A DNA stretch of 64,000 nt from Labilithrix sp. Its GTDB lineage: Bacteria > Myxococcota_A > Polyangia > Polyangiales > Polyangiaceae. The position numbers were made by a program, and so were the translations under genes. The stretch lies in NCBI GenBank assembly GCA_044227045.1, contig JBGAFW010000037.1:1129-65128 (forward strand). Reading direction: 5' to 3'. This document shows, piece by piece, positions 10,424-19,268 of this stretch. Position 1 is the first letter of the stretch. Every line of letters begins with the position of its first letter. The notes below the pieces were generated by a model, which did no database searches, had not been told where the DNA came from, and was given only the letters and a program-made list of their open reading frames with translations.

Positions 10424-11296
10424 ATGCGCGGTCCCGTCTCGCTAGCCATTCTCGCGTTGCCTCTGCTTTGGCTGGCGAGGTGCACGCTCTCGACGCCGAC
10501 CGGCGGGCTTTCGTCTGGCGGAGTCGGCGGCGACTCCGACGGCGGGTCGACGGCGAAGGACGGCGGCGCGGTTGACGCAGCGGCAGGTGACATCTCGGTC
10601 ACTGCCGTCCTCGGGTGCGATGGAGGAAGCTCATGCACGGTTCGATCGTGCAAGGTGCTCGGTGGGCTCGTGCCGCGCCTGCCGAACGGCGTCTATTGGA
10701 TCGACCCTGATGACGCCGGTCCGGCGACCGCCTTTCGCGCGTACTGTGACGTGGACAACGGCGGCTGGACCTTGCTCCTCAAGGTCGACGGACGCAAGGA
10801 CACGTTCAACCACGGCTCGACGCTTTGGGAGGACGAGGTGCTCTGGCAGATCGATCATCCCGACCTCGACCTCACGGAGGCCAAGCTCGCGGGATACATG
10901 ACGATGCCGCTTACCGAGATCCGGGTCGGTATGCAGCGGACGCCGGAGCAAAGCGTCCCTCACTTCATCGTTGTCCCCGTTGTCGCGGGCTCTCTTCGCG
11001 AGCTCTTCGCCGGCCCGGAGCGTCTTACGTCGGTTGGGCGCGACAAATGGCTCACGCTCGTCGACGACCCGACCGTGCAATCCAACTGCAATGCGGAAGG
11101 ATTCAATCTCGTTCGGGGTAAAAACGGTGGATTCGCCCGCATTCGGATGGGGATGATCTTCAACAACGAGAGTGACTGCGTCTCCCCCGACTCGTACATC
11201 GCCGTCGCGGGCTGGTCGGGAACGGGCAATTACGCCTCGACGTCGGCCGGCCCAGCACGCGATGCAGACGATTTTGCCTACCTCATGATTCGCTGA
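10424..11296 (+). CDS. lipoprotein with fibrinogen-related (FReD) C-terminal-like domain
   Basis: Signal peptide plus lipobox (LWLARC). The segment CKVLGG..NGVYWIDPDD..AFRAYCDVDNGGWTLLLKVDG matches the fibrinogen C-domain core (GVY.I.P....F.VYCDM.TDGGGWTV.Q.R.DG). Confidence 0.6.
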   Translation: MRGPVSLAILALPLLWLARCTLSTPTGGLSSGGVGGDSDGGSTAKDGGAVDAAAGDISVTAVLGCDGGSSCTVRSCKVLGGLVPRLPNGVYWIDPDDAGPATAFRAYCDVDNGGWTLLLKVDGRKDTFNHGSTLWEDEVLWQIDHPDLDLTEAKLAGYMTMPLTEIRVGMQRTPEQSVPHFIVVPVVAGSLRELFAGPERLTSVGRDKWLTLVDDPTVQSNCNAEGFNLVRGKNGGFARIRMGMIFNNESDCVSPDSYIAVAGWSGTGNYASTSAGPARDADDFAYLMIR

Positions 11297-11324
11297 CCAT
11301 TCGTAACGAAGAACCGGTGACTTT

Positions 11325-11939
11325 ATGCCCATGACCGATGGCTACGCCTTCTCCGTCGATTCGCTCGTCATCGCGTCGGTCGTGATCGTCAGCGTCGCGG
11401 CGTTCGTCTCCGAGCGTCTTCGAAGCGCGCTCGTGCTCGTGCCCTTCCTCGTGCGATCTCGAAAGCAAGTGCACCGGTTGCTCACGGCAGGTTGGGTGCA
11501 CGCCGATCCCACTCATTTGATCTTCAACATGCTCACGCTGCACTTCTTCGCGCGCGAGGTGCTCGTGGGGCTCGGCCCGGTGCGCTTTCTCCTCCTCTAT
11601 GTGAGCGCCGTCGTCGTGGCGTTCATTCCGACGACGCTCCGGCACATGAACCGAAGCCAATACGTCTCGTTGGGCGCGTCGGGCGCAGTCGCGGCGATCA
11701 TGTTCTCTGCGATCCTGCTCCGGCCGACGTTGCGGCTGAGCCTCATGTTCTTGCCGCTTCCGATCCCCGGGCTCCTCTACGCCCTCGGCTATCTCGCCTA
11801 CAGCGCCTATCGATCGTACCGGCCAAGCGGCAACATCAACCACGACGCCCACTTTGCGGGGGCGATTTACGGTGCTGCACTGACGTTCGTGTTCGAGCCC
11901 GAGGCGGTGCAGCGCGCGTTCGCGCGGCTCCTCGCCTAG
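11325..11939 (+). CDS. rhomboid family intramembrane serine protease
   Basis: Motifs WVHADPTHLIFNM and GASGAV (catalytic Ser), plus a His in HDAHFAG. About six TM segments. Confidence 0.75.
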   Translation: MPMTDGYAFSVDSLVIASVVIVSVAAFVSERLRSALVLVPFLVRSRKQVHRLLTAGWVHADPTHLIFNMLTLHFFAREVLVGLGPVRFLLLYVSAVVVAFIPTTLRHMNRSQYVSLGASGAVAAIMFSAILLRPTLRLSLMFLPLPIPGLLYALGYLAYSAYRSYRPSGNINHDAHFAGAIYGAALTFVFEPEAVQRAFARLLA

Positions 11940-11943
11940 GTGT

Positions 11944-12315
11944 TTACTGCTGCGCGATCGACTTCGACGAGACCGCGAAGCCATGCACCTCGGTGCACAC
12001 CTCGTAATAGAACGGGAAGATGAAGAGGTTCGTCGCGCGAGCCTCGTAGCTGATCAGCGTGTCCGTTCCAGGCGCCTTCGAGAGGGCGTCTTGGTAGGCG
12101 CTCTCCGCTGTCGCAAAGCCGACGGGGATGATGAGGAGCGCGACGCGGTTGCAGCTCGAGCCGGTGACTTCGACGCCCACACGCGTGCTGTTTGGCAGCT
12201 CGGGCAGGATCTTCGTCGTCACCGTGACGGGAGCGTCGAGCGTCTTTACCGTACAGGCCGACCCGAGCAAGCCGAGCGAAGTGACCGCGGTGAGGAGAAG
12301 GCGAGAGGTCTTCAT
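11944..12315 (-). CDS. small lipoprotein, TRL-like family (paralog 1)
   Basis: The real start is the internal ATG at 12315 (MKTSRLLLTAVTSLGLLGSAC). The rest of the 11944..12477 ORF is an upstream extension. Confidence 0.55.
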   Translation of the reverse strand: MKTSRLLLTAVTSLGLLGSACTVKTLDAPVTVTTKILPELPNSTRVGVEVTGSSCNRVALLIIPVGFATAESAYQDALSKAPGTDTLISYEARATNLFIFPFYYEVCTEVHGFAVSSKSIAQQ

Positions 12316-12782
12316 TGCATCACCTCGGCGTCGTCGCTCGACGGAAGCATCAACATCGCTCCAGCCCCGGGCGCGGGCGTAGCCGGAGCGACCGGCGGCG
12401 GCGACGGTGGCGCGCCGGGTTGCGCGGGCGGAGCTCCACCCGCACGGCGAACGACCGTACCGGTCACGCGAGCACACTGCTTCGTGTAGAAGACGGCGGG
12501 GATGGAGAAGAACGTCAGGTTCGCGTCCTGGATCGCGTCGCCCTTGTACTTCGCGAGGACATCGGTCACGAGCGCTTCGTGATTTGCGTCGTCACCCCAC
12601 GCGACGAAGAAGAGCACGACATGCGTGCAGCGCTTCTCGTCGATGTGCGCGACGCGCTCGTAGCCTGCGAGCTGGCCCTTCCCGACGAGGGGAAAGCTGG
12701 CTCGACCGCCGAGCTCGGGCGCGCATCCGGTGAGGCCAAGGAGAGCGAAGAGCGACGACAACGCGAGGACGAGTCGTTTCAT
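12312..12782 (-). CDS. small lipoprotein, TRL-like family (paralog 2)
   Basis: It is the C-terminal 156 aa of the antisense-shadow ORF 12312..14177 (MKRLVLALSSLFALLGLTGC...). It is a recognisable paralog of the downstream lipoprotein and overlaps it with ATGA. Confidence 0.55.
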   Translation of the reverse strand: MKRLVLALSSLFALLGLTGCAPELGGRASFPLVGKGQLAGYERVAHIDEKRCTHVVLFFVAWGDDANHEALVTDVLAKYKGDAIQDANLTFFSIPAVFYTKQCARVTGTVVRRAGGAPPAQPGAPPSPPPVAPATPAPGAGAMLMLPSSDDAEVMQ

Positions 12783-12860
12783 CGCCGCGGTTCTATGCAA
12801 GTCGATCACGATCGTCAACACACGGGAGAGATGAGTCCTGCGACGAGGTAAGCTGTTCGC

Positions 12861-14051
12861 GTGAACGACACGGATGCTCTCCTCGAGGAGTGGCGCAAAA
12901 CGCGCGCGTGTGATCTCGCCGACAAGATCCAGACGCTGGCGCCGGAGCCCGCGAAGCTCCTGGTCGACCTCTGGAAGGGCAAGAGTCAGGACGAAGGGAA
13001 GGCCGCGTTCGTGCGGCTCAAAGACGAGCCCGACGATCCACGCATGACGGTCATGTTCGTTCGGTGCTTTCACGCCGCCCGCTGGCCGGGGTCGGGCGCG
13101 AAGGCCTTGTGGACCGATATCCTCGCGAGGCTCGTCACGCTGCGCGACGCACGCGCGATCGCGCCGCTTCGCAGCGCGCTCGAAGACATGCCCCACTTCA
13201 TGGGCGTCGCGCACACGCGTTGGATGATCCTCGAGACCCGCAAGGCGGTCGACGCCCTCGAGAAGGCGTGCACGGCGAGCGGCGTCTCGATCCCGGCGGA
13301 GGTGTCTCCGTTCTTCGTTCGCGAGGCGCCTGTCGGGGCGCGCGCGTCGAAGCTGGCAGAGAGCGTGTGGGCGAAGCCCGAGGATGACGAGACGAAGCTC
13401 GTCGTCGCTGACGCGCTGATGGAACAGGGAGATCCCTGGGGCGAATTCATCACGCTCGGCTTCAAGATCGGCGACGGCACCGCGACAGAACAGATGAAGG
13501 AGCGGCATGCGTCGCTCTTGCACAAGAACGCGCCGCTCTTCGGCGGACCGATCGCGCACATCGCGACGAAGGATCTCTGGCGCTTCGAGAAAGGGTTCCT
13601 CGTCGCGTTTGCTGCCGATCGCTCGCAGGTGCCCCGCCGTCGGTGGGAAGAGGCCGCGAGCACACCTTACTGGTCGACGGTGCGAGAGGTGACCCTCCAC
13701 AGCGAGGCGCCGATGTGGTGGCTCACCGAGATCATGAAGAACCCCGCGACCGCAGGTCTTCGACTCCTCGTCGCGGCGCATGGAGGCCTTCGCTTCGAGC
13801 GCGAGCGCGGCGGTCCGTGGCACGTGACGCGCGTGCAGAAGGAGACGACGGGCTACTTTGCCAGCTACGGCATCCTCCCCGCGCTGACGGCGATGCTCAA
13901 AGGTCTTCGACCCGAAGACCGCGCGAGCGTGATCTTCGACGAAGCCATGGATCAGGAGACGCGCGAGAGCTTCGAGAATGCGCGTTCGTCGATCGACCGC
14001 CCGCCTGCCAAAGCCAGAAAGAAGAAGAAGACGAGCGCCGCGAGCACGTAA
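12861..14051 (+). CDS. TIGR02996-type repeat-companion domain protein
   Basis: 396 aa. Central motif KLVVADALMEQGDPWGEFITLG. High GC3. Confidence 0.65.
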   Translation: MNDTDALLEEWRKTRACDLADKIQTLAPEPAKLLVDLWKGKSQDEGKAAFVRLKDEPDDPRMTVMFVRCFHAARWPGSGAKALWTDILARLVTLRDARAIAPLRSALEDMPHFMGVAHTRWMILETRKAVDALEKACTASGVSIPAEVSPFFVREAPVGARASKLAESVWAKPEDDETKLVVADALMEQGDPWGEFITLGFKIGDGTATEQMKERHASLLHKNAPLFGGPIAHIATKDLWRFEKGFLVAFAADRSQVPRRRWEEAASTPYWSTVREVTLHSEAPMWWLTEIMKNPATAGLRLLVAAHGGLRFERERGGPWHVTRVQKETTGYFASYGILPALTAMLKGLRPEDRASVIFDEAMDQETRESFENARSSIDRPPAKARKKKKTSAAST

Positions 14052-14121
14052 ATCGCGCAAAAACACGCCAGAAGGTCGGTCTTGGTTCTCGCGCGCAGGA
14101 CTGCTACCACCTTGGCCCAAG

Positions 14122-14991
14122 ATGCAGGCGCTGGCGCGAAAGCTCCTCACGAGATCGGCGGTGGCCGCCGTCTTCATCGTCGCCGGCTGCGCGAAGGGGC
14201 AAGCGCCCGTCGTCGCCGTGCCTCGTGACGGCGCGACGGAGATCGCGCTCGCGAATCACCTTCCCGAGAGCTTTCGAATCACCGGCGTTCGCCTCGCGCT
14301 CGACGGTGACCCGCTCCCGTCGAACGCCGCCGGCATGGCCGCCGACACCACCAGCGTCCTCTTTCATGCGCGCACCCCGGAGGGCGCACACACGCTCGAC
14401 ATCGTCGCCGAGGTTCGAGTCCCGTGCGGCCTCATGGCCGAGCCGTTCGAGAAGCTCACGCTCACGATCTCGCGTTCGTTCACCGTTGGTCCGAACGGAG
14501 GTCTGGTCCACATCGATGCGTTCGCGGAGTCTCCGTGGCTCAACCCGTCCGAGCGCGTTCACCTCCTCGTGAGCCTTCGCGGGCTCAGCGAGGGCCGCGT
14601 CCTCTATGGTCAGAGCAAAGACGCGAAGCAGGCGTGCGGTCGTCTCGGGCACCTCGAGCGATCGCGGTGCGTCGTTCAGCGCCTCACGGATCGCGCGCGC
14701 GCGCAACGCGACGTCGCCGGGCTCCTCTGCGAGAAGGACAAGCTCGAGGTGATCGATGACGCGATCGCCTCGCTCGACGAACCTGCGCTGGCGACCGACA
14801 ACGGCGCGCCTTCGAGGCCCCTCACCGCAGACCAGCGACGCCGCGACGTCGAGACGAAGGTCGAGCAAGCCGAGCGTGACGCGGAGTACTGCGTCGCGGA
14901 GGATCTCTCTCGGATCGGCAAACAAGAGGTCTCGTCCGATCGAAGCGCGTGCGCTCGCTACGACGAGCCGCTGTCGCTCCGCGGACGTTGA
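14122..14991 (+). CDS. lipoprotein, unknown function
   Basis: Internal ATG at 14122 (MQALARKLLTRSAVAAVFIVAGC). The upstream part of ORF 13978.. is Arg-rich junk. Confidence 0.55.
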   Translation: MQALARKLLTRSAVAAVFIVAGCAKGQAPVVAVPRDGATEIALANHLPESFRITGVRLALDGDPLPSNAAGMAADTTSVLFHARTPEGAHTLDIVAEVRVPCGLMAEPFEKLTLTISRSFTVGPNGGLVHIDAFAESPWLNPSERVHLLVSLRGLSEGRVLYGQSKDAKQACGRLGHLERSRCVVQRLTDRARAQRDVAGLLCEKDKLEVIDDAIASLDEPALATDNGAPSRPLTADQRRRDVETKVEQAERDAEYCVAEDLSRIGKQEVSSDRSACARYDEPLSLRGR

Positions 14992-15110
14992 AGCGCGGAT
15001 TTGCCGAACGGGCGGGCGCCTTCCGATTGGCGTCTTTCCCCGCCATCCGATGGCTTCACCCGAGCCCCGATCGTGCGTCACGAAGCGCCATTGCACGTGC
15101 GCTGCCGCAA

Positions 15111-15812
15111 ATGGGTAGAATGAACGAATCGAGTATGAGGATGCCCTGGCGATCGCTTCGTGACACGTTCTGCGCGTTGGCCGTGTTCGCCGTGAGCGCC
15201 GCTGGCGTCGCGTGCTCTTCGGACAGTGGTTCCTCGTCCTCCTCGTCGAGCAGCGGATCGATCGCGCCAGCCAGCCTTCGGATCTTTCCGGCGAAGATCT
15301 ATTCGGGTTTCGACGGCCAGAACAAATATCGTGTCCCCGCCGTCGTCGTCGGCTCGGCGAGCGAAGCGACGTGGTCGATCAGCGATCCCGCGCTTGCCTC
15401 GCTCGAGCCCAGCATCGACGGCGTGATCCTCACGACGAAGAAGGCGGGCACGGCCAAGCTCACCGTCAAGATCAGCGGAGTCACGGCCACCGCCGACATC
15501 ACCGTCAACGCTTACACGCCGGCGCAGCACGACGATGGCAAGGCGCGCTACACCGCAGACGCTGCGTCGGGGCCGGCTTGTTCCTCCTGTCACGGTCCGC
15601 AAAAGGGCGCGCCGGATCACACGCCGACGGTCATTGGTCAGTTTACGGACGAAGAGGTCGCGAAGACGATCCAGAGCGGCGTCGATCCGCTCGGCCAGGC
15701 GCTTCCGGTCGAGCACAAATGGGCGATCAGCGACAAAGAAAAGGCCGGCTTGCTCCCGTATCTCCGGTCGCTCGATCCCAAGGGCTTCCCGGCGCCGGGC
15801 GGAGACGGTTAA
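15111..15812 (+). CDS. lipoprotein with bacterial Ig-like (Big_2-like) domain and a CxxCH haem-binding motif
   Basis: Signal peptide plus lipobox (AAGVAC). Poly-Ser linker, then an Ig-like segment (ATWSISDPALASLEPSIDGVILTTKKAGTAKLTVKISG), then PACSSCHG. The start is ambiguous among ATG 15111, 15120, 15135 and 15141. Confidence 0.55.
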   Translation: MGRMNESSMRMPWRSLRDTFCALAVFAVSAAGVACSSDSGSSSSSSSSGSIAPASLRIFPAKIYSGFDGQNKYRVPAVVVGSASEATWSISDPALASLEPSIDGVILTTKKAGTAKLTVKISGVTATADITVNAYTPAQHDDGKARYTADAASGPACSSCHGPQKGAPDHTPTVIGQFTDEEVAKTIQSGVDPLGQALPVEHKWAISDKEKAGLLPYLRSLDPKGFPAPGGDG

Positions 15813-15825
15813 CGCGCTCGGCTTG

Positions 15826-16224
15826 TCAGCCTGCTTCGTTCTCGAGGCCGGCCCGGTGACGTCGCGTCGTGCGATGAACGACGTAGATCGCGAGCAGCAC
15901 CCCGACGAGATCGGCGGCGAGGTCGAGCCAGTCCGAGCTCCGTGAAGTGCTGAAGCGCTGGGCATACTCGTCGATCCCAACGGGGATCATCACGATCAAA
16001 CCCGCGAGCACGGCCCTCGACCGAAGGAGCCGCGCGAGCAGGAAAGTCAGCGTGAACGTCATCGTCGCGTGCAGGACCTTGTCGATGCCGTGTGACGAGA
16101 AGACGTGCGGGATGTGCCCCGTGTAGGCCGCAGCAGAGATGCCCACGACCCCGACCGCAGCGAGCGCGAAGACCCACGCTTTGAAAGGGAAGACGGAGCT
16201 CGAGGGTGGAGAAAGCGTGACCAT
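15826..16224 (-). CDS. VanZ-like family membrane protein
   Basis: 132 aa with 3-4 TM segments. Has an IDEYAQRFSTSRSSDWLDLAADLVG motif. Confidence 0.5.
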   Translation of the reverse strand: MVTLSPPSSSVFPFKAWVFALAAVGVVGISAAAYTGHIPHVFSSHGIDKVLHATMTFTLTFLLARLLRSRAVLAGLIVMIPVGIDEYAQRFSTSRSSDWLDLAADLVGVLLAIYVVHRTTRRHRAGLENEAG

Positions 16225-16311
16225 GCATCATTCTACGGTTCGGCTGCGCCCGATGCCCGACCGCTCACACGCCGGTGGCGACCAATCGCCGGTTTTCGCC
16301 CACAAAAGCGC

Positions 16312-17505
16312 TCATTCGAGGGCCGCGCGCGCGAGCGATGCGCCGATGCCTTTACTCGAGGCGCGCGGGCGCGCGATGTCGACGTTGTCCGTCCACGCGA
16401 GGATCGCGCGATGCTCTTCGGGGAAGTAGGCCGAGAAGAAGCGCACGTTGCCGAAGGTGCCTGGGCGCTCGACGAGCGTCGTCGTTCCTCCCTCGGGCTT
16501 GCCAAACGGAAAGGCCCAGCATCCGTACGCGCCGTGATTGCGGTCGGGTCGTCCGTCGAACAACGTCTTCTTCGAGTCGTCCGAGAGGAGCACGTTCGAG
16601 TCGAGCGCTTCGAAGAAGGAGAGGAGGTCCGAGGCCGAGGCGTACCCCGCCCCCGCCGTGAAGAAGTTCTGCGGGCGGACGGCGCCCATGATCGTGAGGT
16701 CGAGGTCGGTGGGCGCCTTCTTCGACAAGAGCCCAGCATGCGTCATCTTCGCAGGCTCGAACACCTCACGGCGAAGCACGCCCTCCGCGTCGGTCTTCGC
16801 GCGCGCAGCCAAGATCGCGCCGACGATCGCGAGCTCGGCGTTGCGATATTTGTAGGTGCCTCGCTTCTCGGTGAAGTCTGCTGGGATGTGTTTGAGCAAT
16901 ACCGATACGACAGCACCTTGTGTCGATACGTCGATATCCGCTTTACGGTAATAGCCACCACGCTCGTCGAGCTCAGGGACGCGCGACGTATGCGTGAGAA
17001 GCTCGCGAATCGTGCTGTCCGACCACGGGCGAGACGCAAGCTCGGGCAACGCCGTCTTGATCGTCTCGTCGAGCGACAGCTCTCCGCGCTCGACCATTCG
17101 GAGCGTCGCGACTGCGGTGAGGAGCTTCGTGAACGACGCGACGAGCACGGGGCGATCGGCGAGGACAGCATTCGCGCCGTCGGCCGAGGGCATCGCGACG
17201 AACGTACGCTTGCTGGTTGGCGCGCTTCCAGCCAACGCAAACGACGACATCGCGACGAATCCGTGGGCGTTCGTCCCGCGAAATGGAGCGGTGAGGTGAT
17301 CGTTCGGCGGAAGATCGGTGGCGACCGCGCCGGCGCCTACGCCTGCCGCGTCAAAGGCGGGATGGGAGAGGGACGCGCCCGGTCGATCGCTGCGGGCGTC
17401 CGAAGGTGCGTCAGCGCGGACGGCGCCGACCTCGGCCTCCGCGTCGCGATCGATCCGCGGTGGTGTCGTGTCGCGACAGCCGATCACGAGCCACGGCCCA
17501 GCCAT
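16312..17505 (-). CDS. serine hydrolase, beta-lactamase/PBP-like family
   Basis: SxxK motif (ASFTKLL). The real start is ATG 17505 (MAGPWLVIGC, possible lipobox). The upstream 122 codons of the ORF are Arg-rich shadow. Confidence 0.65.
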   Translation of the reverse strand: MAGPWLVIGCRDTTPPRIDRDAEAEVGAVRADAPSDARSDRPGASLSHPAFDAAGVGAGAVATDLPPNDHLTAPFRGTNAHGFVAMSSFALAGSAPTSKRTFVAMPSADGANAVLADRPVLVASFTKLLTAVATLRMVERGELSLDETIKTALPELASRPWSDSTIRELLTHTSRVPELDERGGYYRKADIDVSTQGAVVSVLLKHIPADFTEKRGTYKYRNAELAIVGAILAARAKTDAEGVLRREVFEPAKMTHAGLLSKKAPTDLDLTIMGAVRPQNFFTAGAGYASASDLLSFFEALDSNVLLSDDSKKTLFDGRPDRNHGAYGCWAFPFGKPEGGTTTLVERPGTFGNVRFFSAYFPEEHRAILAWTDNVDIARPRASSKGIGASLARAALE

Positions 17506-17579
17506 GACCAAGGCGAAGACGCGCGAAAATCGCGGCGGTGGTTCTAGACGCTTCACGGTGAAGGAGGCAGGATGGTGTT

Positions 17580-17891
17580 GTGGACGCGCCCGAACCGCAA
17601 GAGAAAGAGGCTGGTCTTCCCGCAATTCGCGTGCTCGTCGACGCTTGCCTCGCAGGACGTCGCGCCGACAAGCCGGATCTCGACACGGAGCTCGTCGTCG
17701 CCGATTGGTGCGAGGAGCACGGTCTCCTCGGCATCGCCAATGCCGTGCGCATGACCGACGGCAACATGCGCTGGAGCGCGCTTGCCCACCTATGGCGCTG
17801 CATCGAGCCGACGTTCTGGATGTCGCCCTCTCCGACCCCGCCGAAGCCAGCCGAGGCGAAAGCCACGCCACGTCGACGAAAGCGTGCCTAG
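17580..17891 (+). CDS. small protein with degenerate TIGR02996-like motif (LVVADWCEEHG)
   Basis: GTG start. GC3 is high from about 17620 onward. AGGAGG lies at 17561-17566. The protein is only 103 aa and the call is tentative. Confidence 0.35.
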   Translation: MDAPEPQEKEAGLPAIRVLVDACLAGRRADKPDLDTELVVADWCEEHGLLGIANAVRMTDGNMRWSALAHLWRCIEPTFWMSPSPTPPKPAEAKATPRRRKRA

Positions 17892-19132
17892 TTGTCTCGG
17901 TAAATCGACACGCGCTGGATGTTCACGGGCGTCGTCGGCGCATCGCCGACCGAGGTGGGCACCGAGGCGATGTCGTGGATCGTCGTGAGCGATGACGTGG
18001 ACGTGCATTCTCCAAACACCGTGTACGACCCGTCGATGTGAGGTGCCGCCGCGTCGGTGATGAAGAACTGCGCGCCGTTGGTGTTCGGACCACGGTTGGC
18101 CATGCAGAGCAGGCCAGCGCGATCGTGCTTCGCGCCTTCCCAGTTCTCGTCGTTGAAGACATAGCCAGGCTCGCCGGTGCCCTTCTTGAGCGGGTCACCA
18201 CCTTGAATCATGAAGCCCTTGATCGTCCGGTGAAAAGACGAGTTGTCGTAGGCCGGCTTGTTTTGCCACTTCATGAGCAAGGGATCGCGCCAAATGCGTT
18301 TACCCGTCGCGAGCCCAATGTAATTTGCGACCGTATTTGGGGCCTTCGTGTCGTAGAGCTGACACGTAATTCGCCCACGTGACGTATCGATATCCGTCAT
18401 GAGCTTGCCCGTGCCTGGCAAGTCTTGCGTCGCGTCGAAAATCGTATAGCTGCCTTTTAGGGGATCGGCTCCGGGCGGATTGTCGATCGAAGGGTGGCTA
18501 TCGCCGTCCCGACTCACCTCGAGGAGCTCGACCTCGAAGACGAGGGTGGACTTCGGTGGAATAACCCCACCCGCGCCGCGATCTCCATAGCCGAGGTGTG
18601 GCGGGATCGTGAGCTTTCGCTTCCCGCCGACCTTCATCCCCACGACACCCGTGTCCCAACCCTTGATGACGCGCCCCTTGCCGAGATCGAACGCGAACGG
18701 AGTGGGGCCGTGCTTGCGTGAGGAGTCAAACTCTTTGCCATCAGAGAGCGTGCCGACGTAGTGGACCTTCACGGCGTCACCCGAACGCGCCGTCGCGCCC
18801 GTCCCAATAACGAGGTCATCGATGACGAGCGGGGTGGTGTGTCCCTCTGGGCTCGGGCCTTTAACGGGCGGTGTTGTCGTGGGCGCGGTCGTCTCGGTCG
18901 TCGGGACGGTCTTCGATGTCGGCTCCGGATTTTCGGTGGTCACCGGACCTTTGTATTGAATCCCGTGAAGGACGCCCGCGCCTCCGACCGAGCACAGCAC
19001 GACGAGCACCCCGTACGCAGGCCACGCGACCGGACGCCGGGTGTTGTTGTACGAGCCCGGTCGTGGTGGAGGAGGAGGGTTCGTTTGAAAGGGCTGGGGT
19101 GGTTGCACGGCAGGCTCGCTGCTCATCAACAT
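17888..19132 (-). CDS. dual-domain peptidyl-prolyl isomerase: N-terminal Pro-rich region plus TM anchor, FKBP-type domain, cyclophilin-type domain
   Basis: FKBP motifs VKVHYVGTLSDGKEFDSS...GWDTGVVGMKVGGKRKLTIPPHLGYG. Cyclophilin motifs FHRTIKGFMIQGGDP...LLCMANRGPNTNGAQFFIT. TM segment VLVVLCSVGGAGVL. Confidence 0.8.
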   Translation of the reverse strand: MLMSSEPAVQPPQPFQTNPPPPPRPGSYNNTRRPVAWPAYGVLVVLCSVGGAGVLHGIQYKGPVTTENPEPTSKTVPTTETTAPTTTPPVKGPSPEGHTTPLVIDDLVIGTGATARSGDAVKVHYVGTLSDGKEFDSSRKHGPTPFAFDLGKGRVIKGWDTGVVGMKVGGKRKLTIPPHLGYGDRGAGGVIPPKSTLVFEVELLEVSRDGDSHPSIDNPPGADPLKGSYTIFDATQDLPGTGKLMTDIDTSRGRITCQLYDTKAPNTVANYIGLATGKRIWRDPLLMKWQNKPAYDNSSFHRTIKGFMIQGGDPLKKGTGEPGYVFNDENWEGAKHDRAGLLCMANRGPNTNGAQFFITDAAAPHIDGSYTVFGECTSTSSLTTIHDIASVPTSVGDAPTTPVNIQRVSIYRDN

Positions 19133-19268
19133 AGAAACGCGGGGCCGCGAAAAGTAGTCCCAGCGTCGATGTCGAAGTGATGGATGGTCCTTGTGCTCGT
19201 TCTCCCTACGAAATCGAGCCCGTGCACCTTCCCGGGATCAGCCCGAAAGGACAAGGTGCAGCCTGCGA

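Noticed and set aside
12312-14177. 621-aa minus-strand ORF
   Set aside because: Only the last 156 codons (lipoprotein 12312..12782) are credible. The rest is antisense to the TIGR02996 gene 12861..14051.
16105-17547. 480-aa plus-strand ORF
   Set aside because: It is antisense to the beta-lactamase-like gene 16312..17505 (clear SxxK motif). The translation is Arg/Glu/Asp-rich with no domain features.
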